DNA of 64,000 nucleotides from Patescibacteria group bacterium. GTDB lineage: Bacteria > Patescibacteriota > Patescibacteriia > XYB2-FULL-38-15. This document shows, one piece after another, positions 54,495 through 64,000 of this stretch (position 1 is the first letter of the stretch; every line of letters begins with the position of its first letter). The stretch covers positions 22,662 through 86,661 of the forward strand of contig JBAZJZ010000003.1 in assembly GCA_041650995.1 (NCBI GenBank), written 5' to 3'. Both the position numbers and the translations under genes were made by a program. The notes beneath the pieces were generated by a model. The model saw only the letters and a list, made by a program, of their open reading frames with translations, had not been told where the DNA came from and did no database searches.

Positions 54495-55386
54495 TTTGGA
54501 AAAATCCATTTTGGCTACCATTGCCTATTTTGATATTTTTGATTATCCACTAACGATTACAGAAATTTGGAAGTGGCTGTATTTAGAAAAAGCAGAAGAA
54601 AACTCACCGACCATTGGAGAAATTTGGAAAATTTTGGAAAATAGTCAATTATTAAAATCCTTGGTTCAAAACAGCCGGGGATTTTATTTTTTAAAGAATC
54701 GTGAAGGATTATTGACAACTCGCGAAGAGAGATATGTTTTAGCTTTTAAAAAATTAAAGAGGGCCAAGCGAATCGCGGGAGTTTTAAAATTTATTCCTGG
54801 AATAAAAATGATTGCGATTTGCAATAGCCTTGCTTGGACAAACGCTCGGGAAGAAAGTGACATAGATTTTTTTATTGTTACGGATAAAAGTAAAATATGG
54901 ACAGCTCGTTTTTGGGCAGCCGGATTTTTACAGATTTTCGGCATGCGCCCGAGTAAAAAAAATAATAAAGATAAAATTTGTTTAAGTTTTTTTGTTAGTG
55001 AAGATTCCTTGAATTTAGAATCATTAGCTCTGGGGATTCCGGACATTTATTTAGTCTATTGGATCGCGCAGATCGCTCCACTTTTTGATTGCGGAGGAAT
55101 TTATAATAGATTTTGGCGAGTAAACGACTGGATTAAAAAATTTTTACCGAATGTTTTTTCAAGAGAAGGAACGGATAAAGTTAGTGAAAATCGGCCGACC
55201 AAAATCGGACTGGGAGAAAATTTTTTCCGCTGGCTGCAAATTAAAATGTTGCCGGAAAATTTAAAAGAAATGGCTAATCGCGACAGCCGGGTTGTAATTA
55301 CTGATAAAATTTTGAAATTTCACGCCAACGACCGACGCGAAGAATATAAAAAAATGTGGGAAGAAAAAATAGCTGAATTATTATGA
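54475..55386 (+). CDS. Nucleotidyltransferase-fold protein (hypothetical)
   Basis: ICNSLAWTN...ESDIDFFIV (GS-x(n)-DxD-like pol-beta NTase motif). Confidence 0.35.
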   Translation: MENVQNNLEKSILATIAYFDIFDYPLTITEIWKWLYLEKAEENSPTIGEIWKILENSQLLKSLVQNSRGFYFLKNREGLLTTREERYVLAFKKLKRAKRIAGVLKFIPGIKMIAICNSLAWTNAREESDIDFFIVTDKSKIWTARFWAAGFLQIFGMRPSKKNNKDKICLSFFVSEDSLNLESLALGIPDIYLVYWIAQIAPLFDCGGIYNRFWRVNDWIKKFLPNVFSREGTDKVSENRPTKIGLGENFFRWLQIKMLPENLKEMANRDSRVVITDKILKFHANDRREEYKKMWEEKIAELL

Positions 55387-56726
55387 AAATTTTGGAAAAA
55401 ATTATAGAATATGGATTATATCTCTTTGTTTTTCTCTTGCCTTGGCAGACGAGGTTAATTATCCGCGAAGGAAGCTTAAATGGCTACTGGGAATATGGAA
55501 CAATAAGTATTTATGCCACGGAAATTTTATTGTGGACAATATTTATGCTGGCGGCGGTTTGGTGGGTAATAAGAAAGTTTAGAGTTAAAAGTGAAAAGTT
55601 AAAAGTTCCAGTTGAAGATTTAAATTTAGAGGCAAACACTAAATACAAAATACTGAATACAAAATATTTTATTTTAAGTATTTTTGTCGTTTGGTCACTA
55701 ATTTCTTTTCTTTGGTCCGATTCAAAAATTTTATCACTTTATGTTTGGCATTGGCTCGCGGAAGTAGCCGGATTATTTTTAATTTTGCGAACCGTTAAAT
55801 TAGACGTCGCAAAATTGATGTGGGCGTTTGTGTTTTCCGCCGTGCTCCAGGCCGGACTTGGTCTCTGGCAATTTTTATCGCAATCAACATTTTCTTTCAA
55901 ATGGCTCGGAATGGCTTTCCATAATCCGGCCGTACCCGGAACAGTCGTCGTGGAAACAGCGGTTCGCCGTTGGCTTCGCGCTTATGGCGCGCTTCCGCAT
56001 CCAAACATGCTGGCGGGATTTTTGGCCGCGGCGATGTTTTTTTCTTTCAGACTTTATCAGAAGATTGGTTACGGCGTTAAAAAAATTTTTATACCCGTTA
56101 TTTTTTCGATTTTATCTCTCGGACTTTTTGCCACATTTTCTAAAAGTGTAATTTTAAGTTTTTCCGTAGTTTTAATTTTATCGTGGTTATTGTTTTTTAT
56201 TTTTAAGCAGTCTAGGGAATTTAAAATTGATTTATTAAAATTTACTTTGATTTTCTTAATAATCGCCGTGATTTTTTTCGCGATTTTTTGGGAACCGGTG
56301 GAAACGAGAATTCTCGGTACGGAAAGATTGGAAATAAAATCAACCACGGAAAGATTAAGTTATTTTGGTGAAGCGTGGCAATTAATAAAAAGTCATCCGG
56401 TTTTTGGCGTAGGTCTTGGCAACTATACCTTGGCCGTGCATAATGAGATTAACCCGAATTTACAATCTTGGGACTACCAACCGGTTCATAATATTTATTT
56501 GCTTGGATTGGCAGAGCTTGGGATTATCGGGTTTATTTTATGGTTGGTTTTGATCTTTTTCGTTATAAAAAAATTACCAATTACCAATTACCAATTACCA
56601 ATTATTTTTTTAATAATTGGTTTTTTTGACCATTACCTTTGGACACTTTATTTCGGAGTAATGCTATTTTGGTTGGCTTTGGGGTCAATACAAAAGGATC
56701 TTGACAACCCGCTTGACAGATCATAA
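55383..56726 (+). CDS. O-antigen ligase/polymerase-like (Wzy_C family) membrane protein
   Basis: 10+ TM. Large periplasmic loop. 447 aa. Contains the 7-bp x4 repeat at 56574-56601. Confidence 0.55.
   Translation: MKILEKIIEYGLYLFVFLLPWQTRLIIREGSLNGYWEYGTISIYATEILLWTIFMLAAVWWVIRKFRVKSEKLKVPVEDLNLEANTKYKILNTKYFILSIFVVWSLISFLWSDSKILSLYVWHWLAEVAGLFLILRTVKLDVAKLMWAFVFSAVLQAGLGLWQFLSQSTFSFKWLGMAFHNPAVPGTVVVETAVRRWLRAYGALPHPNMLAGFLAAAMFFSFRLYQKIGYGVKKIFIPVIFSILSLGLFATFSKSVILSFSVVLILSWLLFFIFKQSREFKIDLLKFTLIFLIIAVIFFAIFWEPVETRILGTERLEIKSTTERLSYFGEAWQLIKSHPVFGVGLGNYTLAVHNEINPNLQSWDYQPVHNIYLLGLAELGIIGFILWLVLIFFVIKKLPITNYQLPIIFLIIGFFDHYLWTLYFGVMLFWLALGSIQKDLDNPLDRS
56574..56601 (+). repeat. Heptanucleotide tandem repeat (TTACCAA) x4, with a partial fifth copy
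   Basis: Read directly. Located inside the CDS near its 3' end. Unit length is not a multiple of 3. Confidence 0.8.
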
Positions 56727-56808
56727 GATATAACATAAAATACTATGATAAAACAGACAATTAAGTCTGATTTTTATCTCTAAAATTAATATTAAATTAA
56801 AGGAAAAT

Positions 56809-57096
56809 ATGAACATCAAACCATTGGGTGATCGGGTAATTATTAGACCAATTGCCGAAGACATTACCACAAAATCAGGCATTGTTTTGCCGGAAACCGT
56901 GGAAAAGGAAAAGGCCGAAAAGGGTGAAGTTTTGGCTGTGGGTCCAGGTCGCGTGCTTGATAATGGATCTCTTGCGCCAATGTCTATTAAGGTCGGCGAC
57001 AAAGTGATGTTTAAAAAATATAGTCCTGATGAAATAAAAATTGAGGGCGAAGAACTTTTGATTATTTCTGAGTCGGATATTTTAGCGATTATTTAA
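56809..57096 (+). CDS. groES: Co-chaperonin GroES
   Basis: IKPLGDRVIIRP...GIVLPE...GEVLAVGPG. Confidence 0.9.
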   Translation: MNIKPLGDRVIIRPIAEDITTKSGIVLPETVEKEKAEKGEVLAVGPGRVLDNGSLAPMSIKVGDKVMFKKYSPDEIKIEGEELLIISESDILAII

Positions 57097-57114
57097 AAAT
57101 AAAATTAAATTTAA

Positions 57115-58743
<1,629 letters not shown>

Positions 58744-58759
58744 AAAGTAACTTTTATAA

Positions 58760-58790
58760 AAAGCCGGGGTTTAAATCCCGGCTTTTTTGT
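58760..58790 (+). terminator. Rho-independent terminator
   Basis: AAAGCCGGGgtttaaatCCCGGCTTTTTT. Confidence 0.65.
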
Positions 58791-58843
58791 ATGTCAAATT
58801 TATGTTATAATTATCTTGTTGTTTAATTTTTTCTTCATTTTTT

Positions 58844-60277
58844 ATGTTGAAACGCACAAAGATCGTTTGTACCATTGGTCCGGTCTCGGAGAAGCCGGCT
58901 ATCTTAAAAAAGATGATAAAGGCCGGCATGAATGTTGCCAGACTTAATTTTTCCCATGGCACGCATGCTTGGCATGGTAAAGTTATAAAAATTATCAGAA
59001 AAATTTCCAAAGAATCAGGCCAGCCGGTGGGCATTATCGCCGACCTGCAGGGACCGCGCATTAGGGTTGGAGAACTTCCGACGGCGGGAGTGAAACTTAA
59101 TCCCAAAGAGAAAATTACCTTGACGACCAATTTAAAAAATGCAAAAAATAAAATTCCAGTAACTTACGCAAATTTACATAAAGATTTATCTTCGGGCAAC
59201 AGAATTCTTCTGGACGAGGGTTTGCTTGAATTGAAAGTTTTAAAAATTTTAGGTCGTGATATTTTTTGCGAGGTTGTGGTTGGCGGAATTTTGACTTCGC
59301 ACAAAGGCATTAATTTACCGGATTCGTCAGTCAGTCTTCCTCCACTTACGGAAAAAGATAAAGACGATCTTTTATTCGCAGTTAAAGAAGGTGTTGATTG
59401 GGTCGCCCTTTCTTTTGTTTCTCGTGCTTCGGAAATTTATGATTTACGTTACTTAACTCGTTCTCTGGAAAAAAAATTAAAATTGCCCAAGAACGCTCCA
59501 ATTAAAATTATCGCTAAAATAGAGAAACATGAAGCTGTCAAAAATTTAGATGAGATTTTGGAGGCGGTGGACGGAATTATGATTGCTCGAGGTGATTTGG
59601 GTATTGAAACCCCAGCCGAAGATGTTCCGCTTTGGCAGAAAAAAATTATTGATAAATGTTTGGCCGTGGCCAAGCCCGTGATCGTTGCCACGCAGATGCT
59701 CGATTCCATGATTAGGAAACCTCGGCCGACAAGAGCCGAGGTTTCAGACGTTGCTAACGCCGTGATTGATCACACCGACGCAGTAATGCTTTCCGGAGAA
59801 ACAGCAAGCGGCCTTTATCCGCTTCTCGCGGTGGAAACAATGGCAAAAATAGTAAGTGAAACGGAAAAATCAATCTATGATGATTTGGTGATGGCGGGAA
59901 TAGTGAAAAAGATAAAAAATATTGATGATGCCGTGAGCCAGGTGGCTAAAATTTTGTCAAAAACGGTGGAGGCTAAAGCGATTTTAGCAGCATCTCTTTC
60001 TGGTTACGCAGGCCGTATCGTTGCCCGTTATCGGCCGGAACTGCCCATTCTTGTCACAACCGACAATCTTCGGGTTCAAAGGCAGTTAACGTTGTCTTGG
60101 GGCGTTATCCCTTTTGTCCTTCCGTCTTGTCGTTCGGTTGAGGAATTAGTTGATCGTTCTATCGGCTATATTAAAAAAAATAAATTTGTGGCTCGGGGAG
60201 AAAAAATTATCATCATCGCCGGAGAGCCAGTCGGCCGTTCGGGAAATATTAATTTGATCGAAATCAAAGAATTATAG
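58844..60277 (+). CDS. pyk: Pyruvate kinase
   Basis: KIVCTIGP...NVARLNFSHG...MIARGDLG. 477 aa. Extended -10 TGTTATAAT at 58803-58811. Confidence 0.9.
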   Translation: MLKRTKIVCTIGPVSEKPAILKKMIKAGMNVARLNFSHGTHAWHGKVIKIIRKISKESGQPVGIIADLQGPRIRVGELPTAGVKLNPKEKITLTTNLKNAKNKIPVTYANLHKDLSSGNRILLDEGLLELKVLKILGRDIFCEVVVGGILTSHKGINLPDSSVSLPPLTEKDKDDLLFAVKEGVDWVALSFVSRASEIYDLRYLTRSLEKKLKLPKNAPIKIIAKIEKHEAVKNLDEILEAVDGIMIARGDLGIETPAEDVPLWQKKIIDKCLAVAKPVIVATQMLDSMIRKPRPTRAEVSDVANAVIDHTDAVMLSGETASGLYPLLAVETMAKIVSETEKSIYDDLVMAGIVKKIKNIDDAVSQVAKILSKTVEAKAILAASLSGYAGRIVARYRPELPILVTTDNLRVQRQLTLSWGVIPFVLPSCRSVEELVDRSIGYIKKNKFVARGEKIIIIAGEPVGRSGNINLIEIKEL

Positions 60278-60280
60278 TTT

Positions 60281-62665
60281 ATGAATAAAAATAAAAAATT
60301 AATTCTCTGGTTTAACGAGATAAATATTAAAGATATCGGATTGGTCGGAGGAAAGAATGCGTCGCTCGGCGAGATGTACCAAAATTTAGAATCAAAAAAG
60401 ATTGCCATCCCAAATGGTTTTGCCATAACTGCCTATGCTTTTAGGCAGTTTTTGGAATTTAATAATTTAGAAAAGAAAATTGAGGATTTGCTTTCTACTG
60501 CCGATTCGGGAAGTATTAAAAATCTTCTCGCTGCCGGACATCAAATCAGAAATTTGATTATTAAGGGAAAACTTCCCCGTGTTCTTGTTTCCGAAATTAG
60601 TCACGCGTATAAAAAATTAACCGGGCGGGGCGGCTCGGGAGTGGCAGTTCGTTCTTCGGCTACGGCAGAGGATTTGCCTGTGGCTTCATTTGCCGGCCAG
60701 TTGGAAAGTTTTTTAAATATAAATGGAAAAAATCTTCCAGAGGTTGTTAAAAAATGTTTTGCCTCCCTTTATACGGACCGCGCCATAGCCTATTCTGTTA
60801 GCCATAAATTTAATCACGCGGAAATATCAATTTCTGTTGGAGTTCAAAGAATGGTTCGTTCGGATTTGGCTTCCGCGGGGGTAATTTTTACTTTGGACAC
60901 AGAAACTGGATTTAGAGACGCGATTTTGGTGAGTGCCGGCCTTGGGCTTGGAGAAAATGTTGTAAAAGGAAGAATTATTCCCGATCAGTATTATATTTTT
61001 AAACCGACCCTGCGGAAAGGTTTTCTGCCGTTAATCGGTAAAAATTTAGGAGCGAAAGAATTAAAATTAATTTATGGGAAAGCCGGCGCGTCCACGATTA
61101 ATTTGAAAACTAGCGCCCGGGAAAGAGAAAAATTTGCGCTTACCGATAATGAGGTTTTGGAGTTAGCCCGCTGGGCGGAAATTATTGAACATCATTATAA
61201 AAAACCAATGGATATAGAGTGGGCTAAAGATGGAATAGAAAATAAATTATATATTGTCCAGGCGCGTCCGGAAACTGTCCACGCGGAAAAAAACGGTAAA
61301 ATTTTAGAAGAATATAATTTAGAAAGAAAAAGTGAAGTGCTTTTGACTGGCACGGCGATTGGCACAAAAATCGGTAAGGGTTGGGTTAAAATTTTAGGAA
61401 GTATCAAAGAGATTGATAAATTTAAGGATGGCGAAGTGCTCGTTACCCAAATGACCGATCCGGATTGGGTGCCGATTATGAAAAAGGCAAGCGCTATTAT
61501 TACCGAATCCGGTGGTCGGACATGCCACGCCGCGATTGTTTCCCGCGAACTCGGCGTTCCTTGCGTGGTGGGCGCCGTCCGGGCGTGCGAGATTTTGAAA
61601 AATGGCCAGGGAGCCACGGTCAGTTGCGCCGAGGGAGAAGAAGGAAAGATTTATCAAGGTCTTTTACCGGTAAAGATTAAAAAAATTGATTTAGAAAAAA
61701 TTAAGCGGCCAAAAACAAAGATTATGATGAATGTTGGCGAACCTGAAAGGGCATTTGATTTTTCTTTTATCCCAAACGACGGAGTTGGTTTGGCTCGCGA
61801 AGAATTTATTATTTCCAATTATATCAAGATACATCCGCTTGCGCTGTTAAAAGTTAAAAATTTAAAATTAAAAGATCAAAGAATAATTGAGAGATTAACT
61901 TACGGATATAAAAATAAAACAAAATTTTTCGTTGATAAATTGGCCGAGGGCGTCGGCCGTATCGCCGCGGCGTTTTATCCGAAGCCGGTCATTGTTCGTT
62001 TTTCCGATTTTAAATCTAATGAATACGCCGGTCTTGTTGGCGGCGCGGAATTTGAGCCGAAGGAATCCAACCCCATGATGGGTTGGCGCGGCGCTACGCG
62101 TTATTTTGATAAAAATTATAAAAAAGCTTTTGCCCTGGAATGCGAGGCAATCAAAAAAGTTCGTAAGATTTTTGGATTAGATAATATTATTGTAATGGTT
62201 CCTTTTTGTCGAACCGTTTCTGGCGGGAAAAGAGTTGTTTCTCTCATTAAGGAATCTGGTTTGGGAAAATCTCCAAAATTAAAGCCATTAAAAATTTATA
62301 TGATGGTAGAAATACCCTCTAATGTTATTTTAGCCGATCAATTTGCTAAAGTTTTTGATGGATTTAGCATAGGCTCAAATGATTTAACGCAATTAATTTT
62401 GGGTGTTGATCGCGATTCGGAATTGGTTAGTCATCTTTTTGATGAAAGAAATGAGGCAGTAAAAAGGGCAATCCGGCAAGTAATTCAAGTAGCGCACAAA
62501 AGTAAGGTTAAAATTGGCATTTGCGGTCAAGCGCCGTCGGATTTTCCAGACTTTGCTGAGTTTTTGGTAAAAAATAAAATTGATAGTATTTCCCTAAATC
62601 CCGACTCAGTTTTAAAAACAACTTTAAGAATTTTAGAAACAGAGAAAAAATTAAAACATAAATAG
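60281..62665 (+). CDS. ppsA: Phosphoenolpyruvate synthase (pyruvate, water dikinase)
   Basis: N-terminal PPDK_N (LVGGKNASLGEM), phospho-His domain GGRTCHAAIVSRELGVPCVVG, C-terminal PEP-utilising domain. 794 aa. Confidence 0.85.
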   Translation: MNKNKKLILWFNEINIKDIGLVGGKNASLGEMYQNLESKKIAIPNGFAITAYAFRQFLEFNNLEKKIEDLLSTADSGSIKNLLAAGHQIRNLIIKGKLPRVLVSEISHAYKKLTGRGGSGVAVRSSATAEDLPVASFAGQLESFLNINGKNLPEVVKKCFASLYTDRAIAYSVSHKFNHAEISISVGVQRMVRSDLASAGVIFTLDTETGFRDAILVSAGLGLGENVVKGRIIPDQYYIFKPTLRKGFLPLIGKNLGAKELKLIYGKAGASTINLKTSAREREKFALTDNEVLELARWAEIIEHHYKKPMDIEWAKDGIENKLYIVQARPETVHAEKNGKILEEYNLERKSEVLLTGTAIGTKIGKGWVKILGSIKEIDKFKDGEVLVTQMTDPDWVPIMKKASAIITESGGRTCHAAIVSRELGVPCVVGAVRACEILKNGQGATVSCAEGEEGKIYQGLLPVKIKKIDLEKIKRPKTKIMMNVGEPERAFDFSFIPNDGVGLAREEFIISNYIKIHPLALLKVKNLKLKDQRIIERLTYGYKNKTKFFVDKLAEGVGRIAAAFYPKPVIVRFSDFKSNEYAGLVGGAEFEPKESNPMMGWRGATRYFDKNYKKAFALECEAIKKVRKIFGLDNIIVMVPFCRTVSGGKRVVSLIKESGLGKSPKLKPLKIYMMVEIPSNVILADQFAKVFDGFSIGSNDLTQLILGVDRDSELVSHLFDERNEAVKRAIRQVIQVAHKSKVKIGICGQAPSDFPDFAEFLVKNKIDSISLNPDSVLKTTLRILETEKKLKHK

Positions 62666-62675
62666 GAAAGACTTG

Positions 62676-62710
62676 ACAGTAACCGAAGATTACGGTAAGA
62701 TGAAAATCGG
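62676..62710 (+). promoter_or_regulatory. Sigma70-like promoter TTGACA-17 nt-TAAGAT
   Basis: Near-consensus hexamers about 80 nt upstream of the GC-rich small ORF. Confidence 0.45.
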
Positions 62711-62788
62711 TTGCTGTTTTTGTTTTGGCTCATACTGAGGGATGGGTCAAGCGGCCAAGAAGCCGTGAGAAAGGAGAGAAGGGAAGGA

Positions 62789-63007
62789 ATGGTGAATTCG
62801 CAATTGGGATGGAAAGTGGTCGTGCGAGATTCTGCAGGGGATATCCTGAAGGTGCACCGTCGCCTTTCGAAGGAGAAGGCGGAAGAGAAGAGGAGGCGCG
62901 CTCTGAAGCGTGGCTGCAAGGTCGAGATGACGGAAGAGCACCACGGCCGTTTCCGGCGGAGCGAGTCGTACGTCAACCGCCATCCCAAGGCGAGGCGGGC
63001 GGCCTAG
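62789..63007 (+). CDS. Small basic protein (72 aa) in GC-rich islet
   Basis: RBS GGAAGGA before the ATG. About 60% GC. Arg/Lys-rich. Confidence 0.35.
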   Translation: MVNSQLGWKVVVRDSAGDILKVHRRLSKEKAEEKRRRALKRGCKVEMTEEHHGRFRRSESYVNRHPKARRAA

Positions 63008-63175
63008 CCAGAAAGCGGGACAAGAACAACTAAAACCAAGACCCCGTTGCAAAAAGGGTGAATAACTCAATTGCCGGGGTCACTTTTATATCCAAAAGAC
63101 ATTGACAGATAAAATTTTTATTGGTAAAGTTATATAAATCAAGAGTATTTTATTTTTGATTTTTTATATAAAGAT

Positions 63176-63233
63176 GGGTCCGTGGTGTAGTCCGGTCTAA
63201 CACGCCCCGCAGTACTGCGGGGAGATCGAGGGT
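63176..63233 (+). pseudogene. Truncated tRNA-Asp-like copy (5' acceptor and D-arm identical; altered anticodon arm; no T-loop or 3' acceptor)
   Basis: First 29 nt GGGTCCGTGGTGTAGTCCGGTCTAACACG are identical to the intact tRNA-Asp. Then CCCCGCagtactGCGGGG (6-nt loop), GAGATCGAGGGT, and a break. Confidence 0.6.
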
Positions 63234-63390
63234 ATGAAATATTTTGTTTAGGTGTTACAAAATAAAGAGGGAAGATATTATGTGGGCTTTACGAATGATA
63301 GATAGTTCAATTATTGCCAAAAGACGTGAAAGTGAAATAAAAAAGAAAAAGAGAAAAACGTATATAGATTGGTTAATAAATAAAAATCTT

Positions 63391-63469
63391 GGGTCCGTGG
63401 TGTAGTCCGGTCTAACACGTCTCCCTGTCACGGAGAAGATCGAGGGTTCAAATCCCTTCGGACCCGCCA
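63391..63469 (+). tRNA. tRNA-Asp (anticodon GTC), CCA encoded
   Basis: Acceptor GGGTCCG/CGGACCC, anticodon loop CTGTCAC, discriminator G, then CCA. Confidence 0.85.
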
Positions 63470-63484
63470 TTAAATTAAAAAGAT

Positions 63485-64000
63485 ATGGCTAAATCTCGCA
63501 AAAAGTCCGCCGCCGAATCATTTGAATTTGGAAATTTAGGTGATCTTGAGGCGAAGAGGCGAGCGGCCAGACGAGAAAGAAAAAATCTAGAAAAATCACC
63601 TAAAGAGGCGAAAGACTGGAGAGAAGAGTTGGCAGAGGTGGGCGGCAAAGAATTGGTGGAAAAAAGAAGAAGGGGAAAAGCCCGGGAAGCGGCGATATAT
63701 TCTAATTTACGAACCAAGTATGACCAGGGAATTCTAAGTAAGGAAGCCCTGGTTGATTTTTTAGAAAGATTTCCTTCGCCGGAAGAATACGAAGCCCATG
63801 AAAGACTCGCTGAAGCTATCCGGGAGGGAGAGGTGAAGGCAGACATTGCAGATTTGAAAAGAGATCCGGCGGAAACATCCCGTACGAGAACCATAACCCA
63901 AAGAATAAGAGCGCCGAAAGAAGGAAGATGGGTTGATGAGAAAAAAAATGTGGAGGTAATACGAAGGTCGGGGATCGTTGTCCCGACCGGTACAAAAGCA
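63485..64000 (+). CDS. Hypothetical Lys/Arg/Glu-rich protein (5' partial; continues beyond the window)
   Basis: Open from the ATG at 63485 to the window end. The track's antisense ORF (63475-63894, minus) is Ser/Leu-rich and typical of a shadow ORF. Confidence 0.4.
   Translation, partial: MAKSRKKSAAESFEFGNLGDLEAKRRAARRERKNLEKSPKEAKDWREELAEVGGKELVEKRRRGKAREAAIYSNLRTKYDQGILSKEALVDFLERFPSPEEYEAHERLAEAIREGEVKADIADLKRDPAETSRTRTITQRIRAPKEGRWVDEKKNVEVIRRSGIVVPTGTKA

Noticed and set aside
56727-56808. Looked for a CIRCE (TTAGCACTC-N9-GAGTGCTAA) operator upstream of groES
   Set aside because: No match to the CIRCE inverted repeat. groESL here appears not to be HrcA/CIRCE-controlled, or the element is divergent.
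63475-63894. Minus-strand 139-aa ORF in the track
   Set aside because: The plus-strand frame from the ATG at 63485 is open to the window end and encodes a plausible Lys/Arg/Glu-rich protein. The minus ORF is its Ser/Leu-rich shadow.

Overview
This is a low-GC, gene-dense bacterial segment whose style resembles Patescibacteria/CPR: small genes and weak Shine-Dalgarno sequences. That attribution is inference, not shown by any search. Most of the window is housekeeping. It carries five class-I aminoacyl-tRNA synthetases (trpS, ileS, valS, tyrS, argS), an RNase P RNA (rnpB), ruvA, an ECF sigma factor with a putative anti-sigma partner, nusA, yidC, groES/groEL, pyk and ppsA. It also carries six intact tRNAs plus two tRNA fragments. 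Other content includes a cell-envelope polysaccharide locus, built from a polyprenyl-phosphate sugar transferase, three GT4 glycosyltransferases, a DUF4012-like protein and a large repeat protein. There is also an LCP-family protein, a FemAB-family protein, bactofilin, an anaerobe-type oxidative-stress cluster (superoxide reductase, cupredoxin, rubredoxin-flavoprotein, desulforedoxin-like protein, rubrerythrin) and an O-antigen-ligase-like gene. Several short stretches embedded in this backbone stand out by composition and content. The most notable is a composite accessory island at about 24.4-30.8 kb. It holds a GC-rich operon of three tandem paralogous ~85-110 aa Cys-containing proteins of unknown function. 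Divergently transcribed from that operon is an MmeI-like Type IIG restriction/N6A-methyltransferase fusion. After it comes a markedly AT-rich two-gene cassette encoding a MTase-motif-I/zinc-ribbon protein and a radical-SAM-like protein with a non-canonical Cys cluster. A DUF1508 (YegP-like) gene closes the island. Other GC-rich islets sit next to tRNA genes. One is at 11.8-12.3 kb beside tRNA-Arg. One is at 62.7-63.0 kb beside tRNA-Asp and a truncated copy of it. One is at 20.7-21.95 kb and encodes Cys-rich or zinc-ribbon small proteins. A GC-rich 860-aa gene at 33.8-36.4 kb encodes an M23 peptidase fused to Myxococcota-like Cys-rich repeats and a 7-blade propeller. No CRISPR array and no recognisable transposase were seen.
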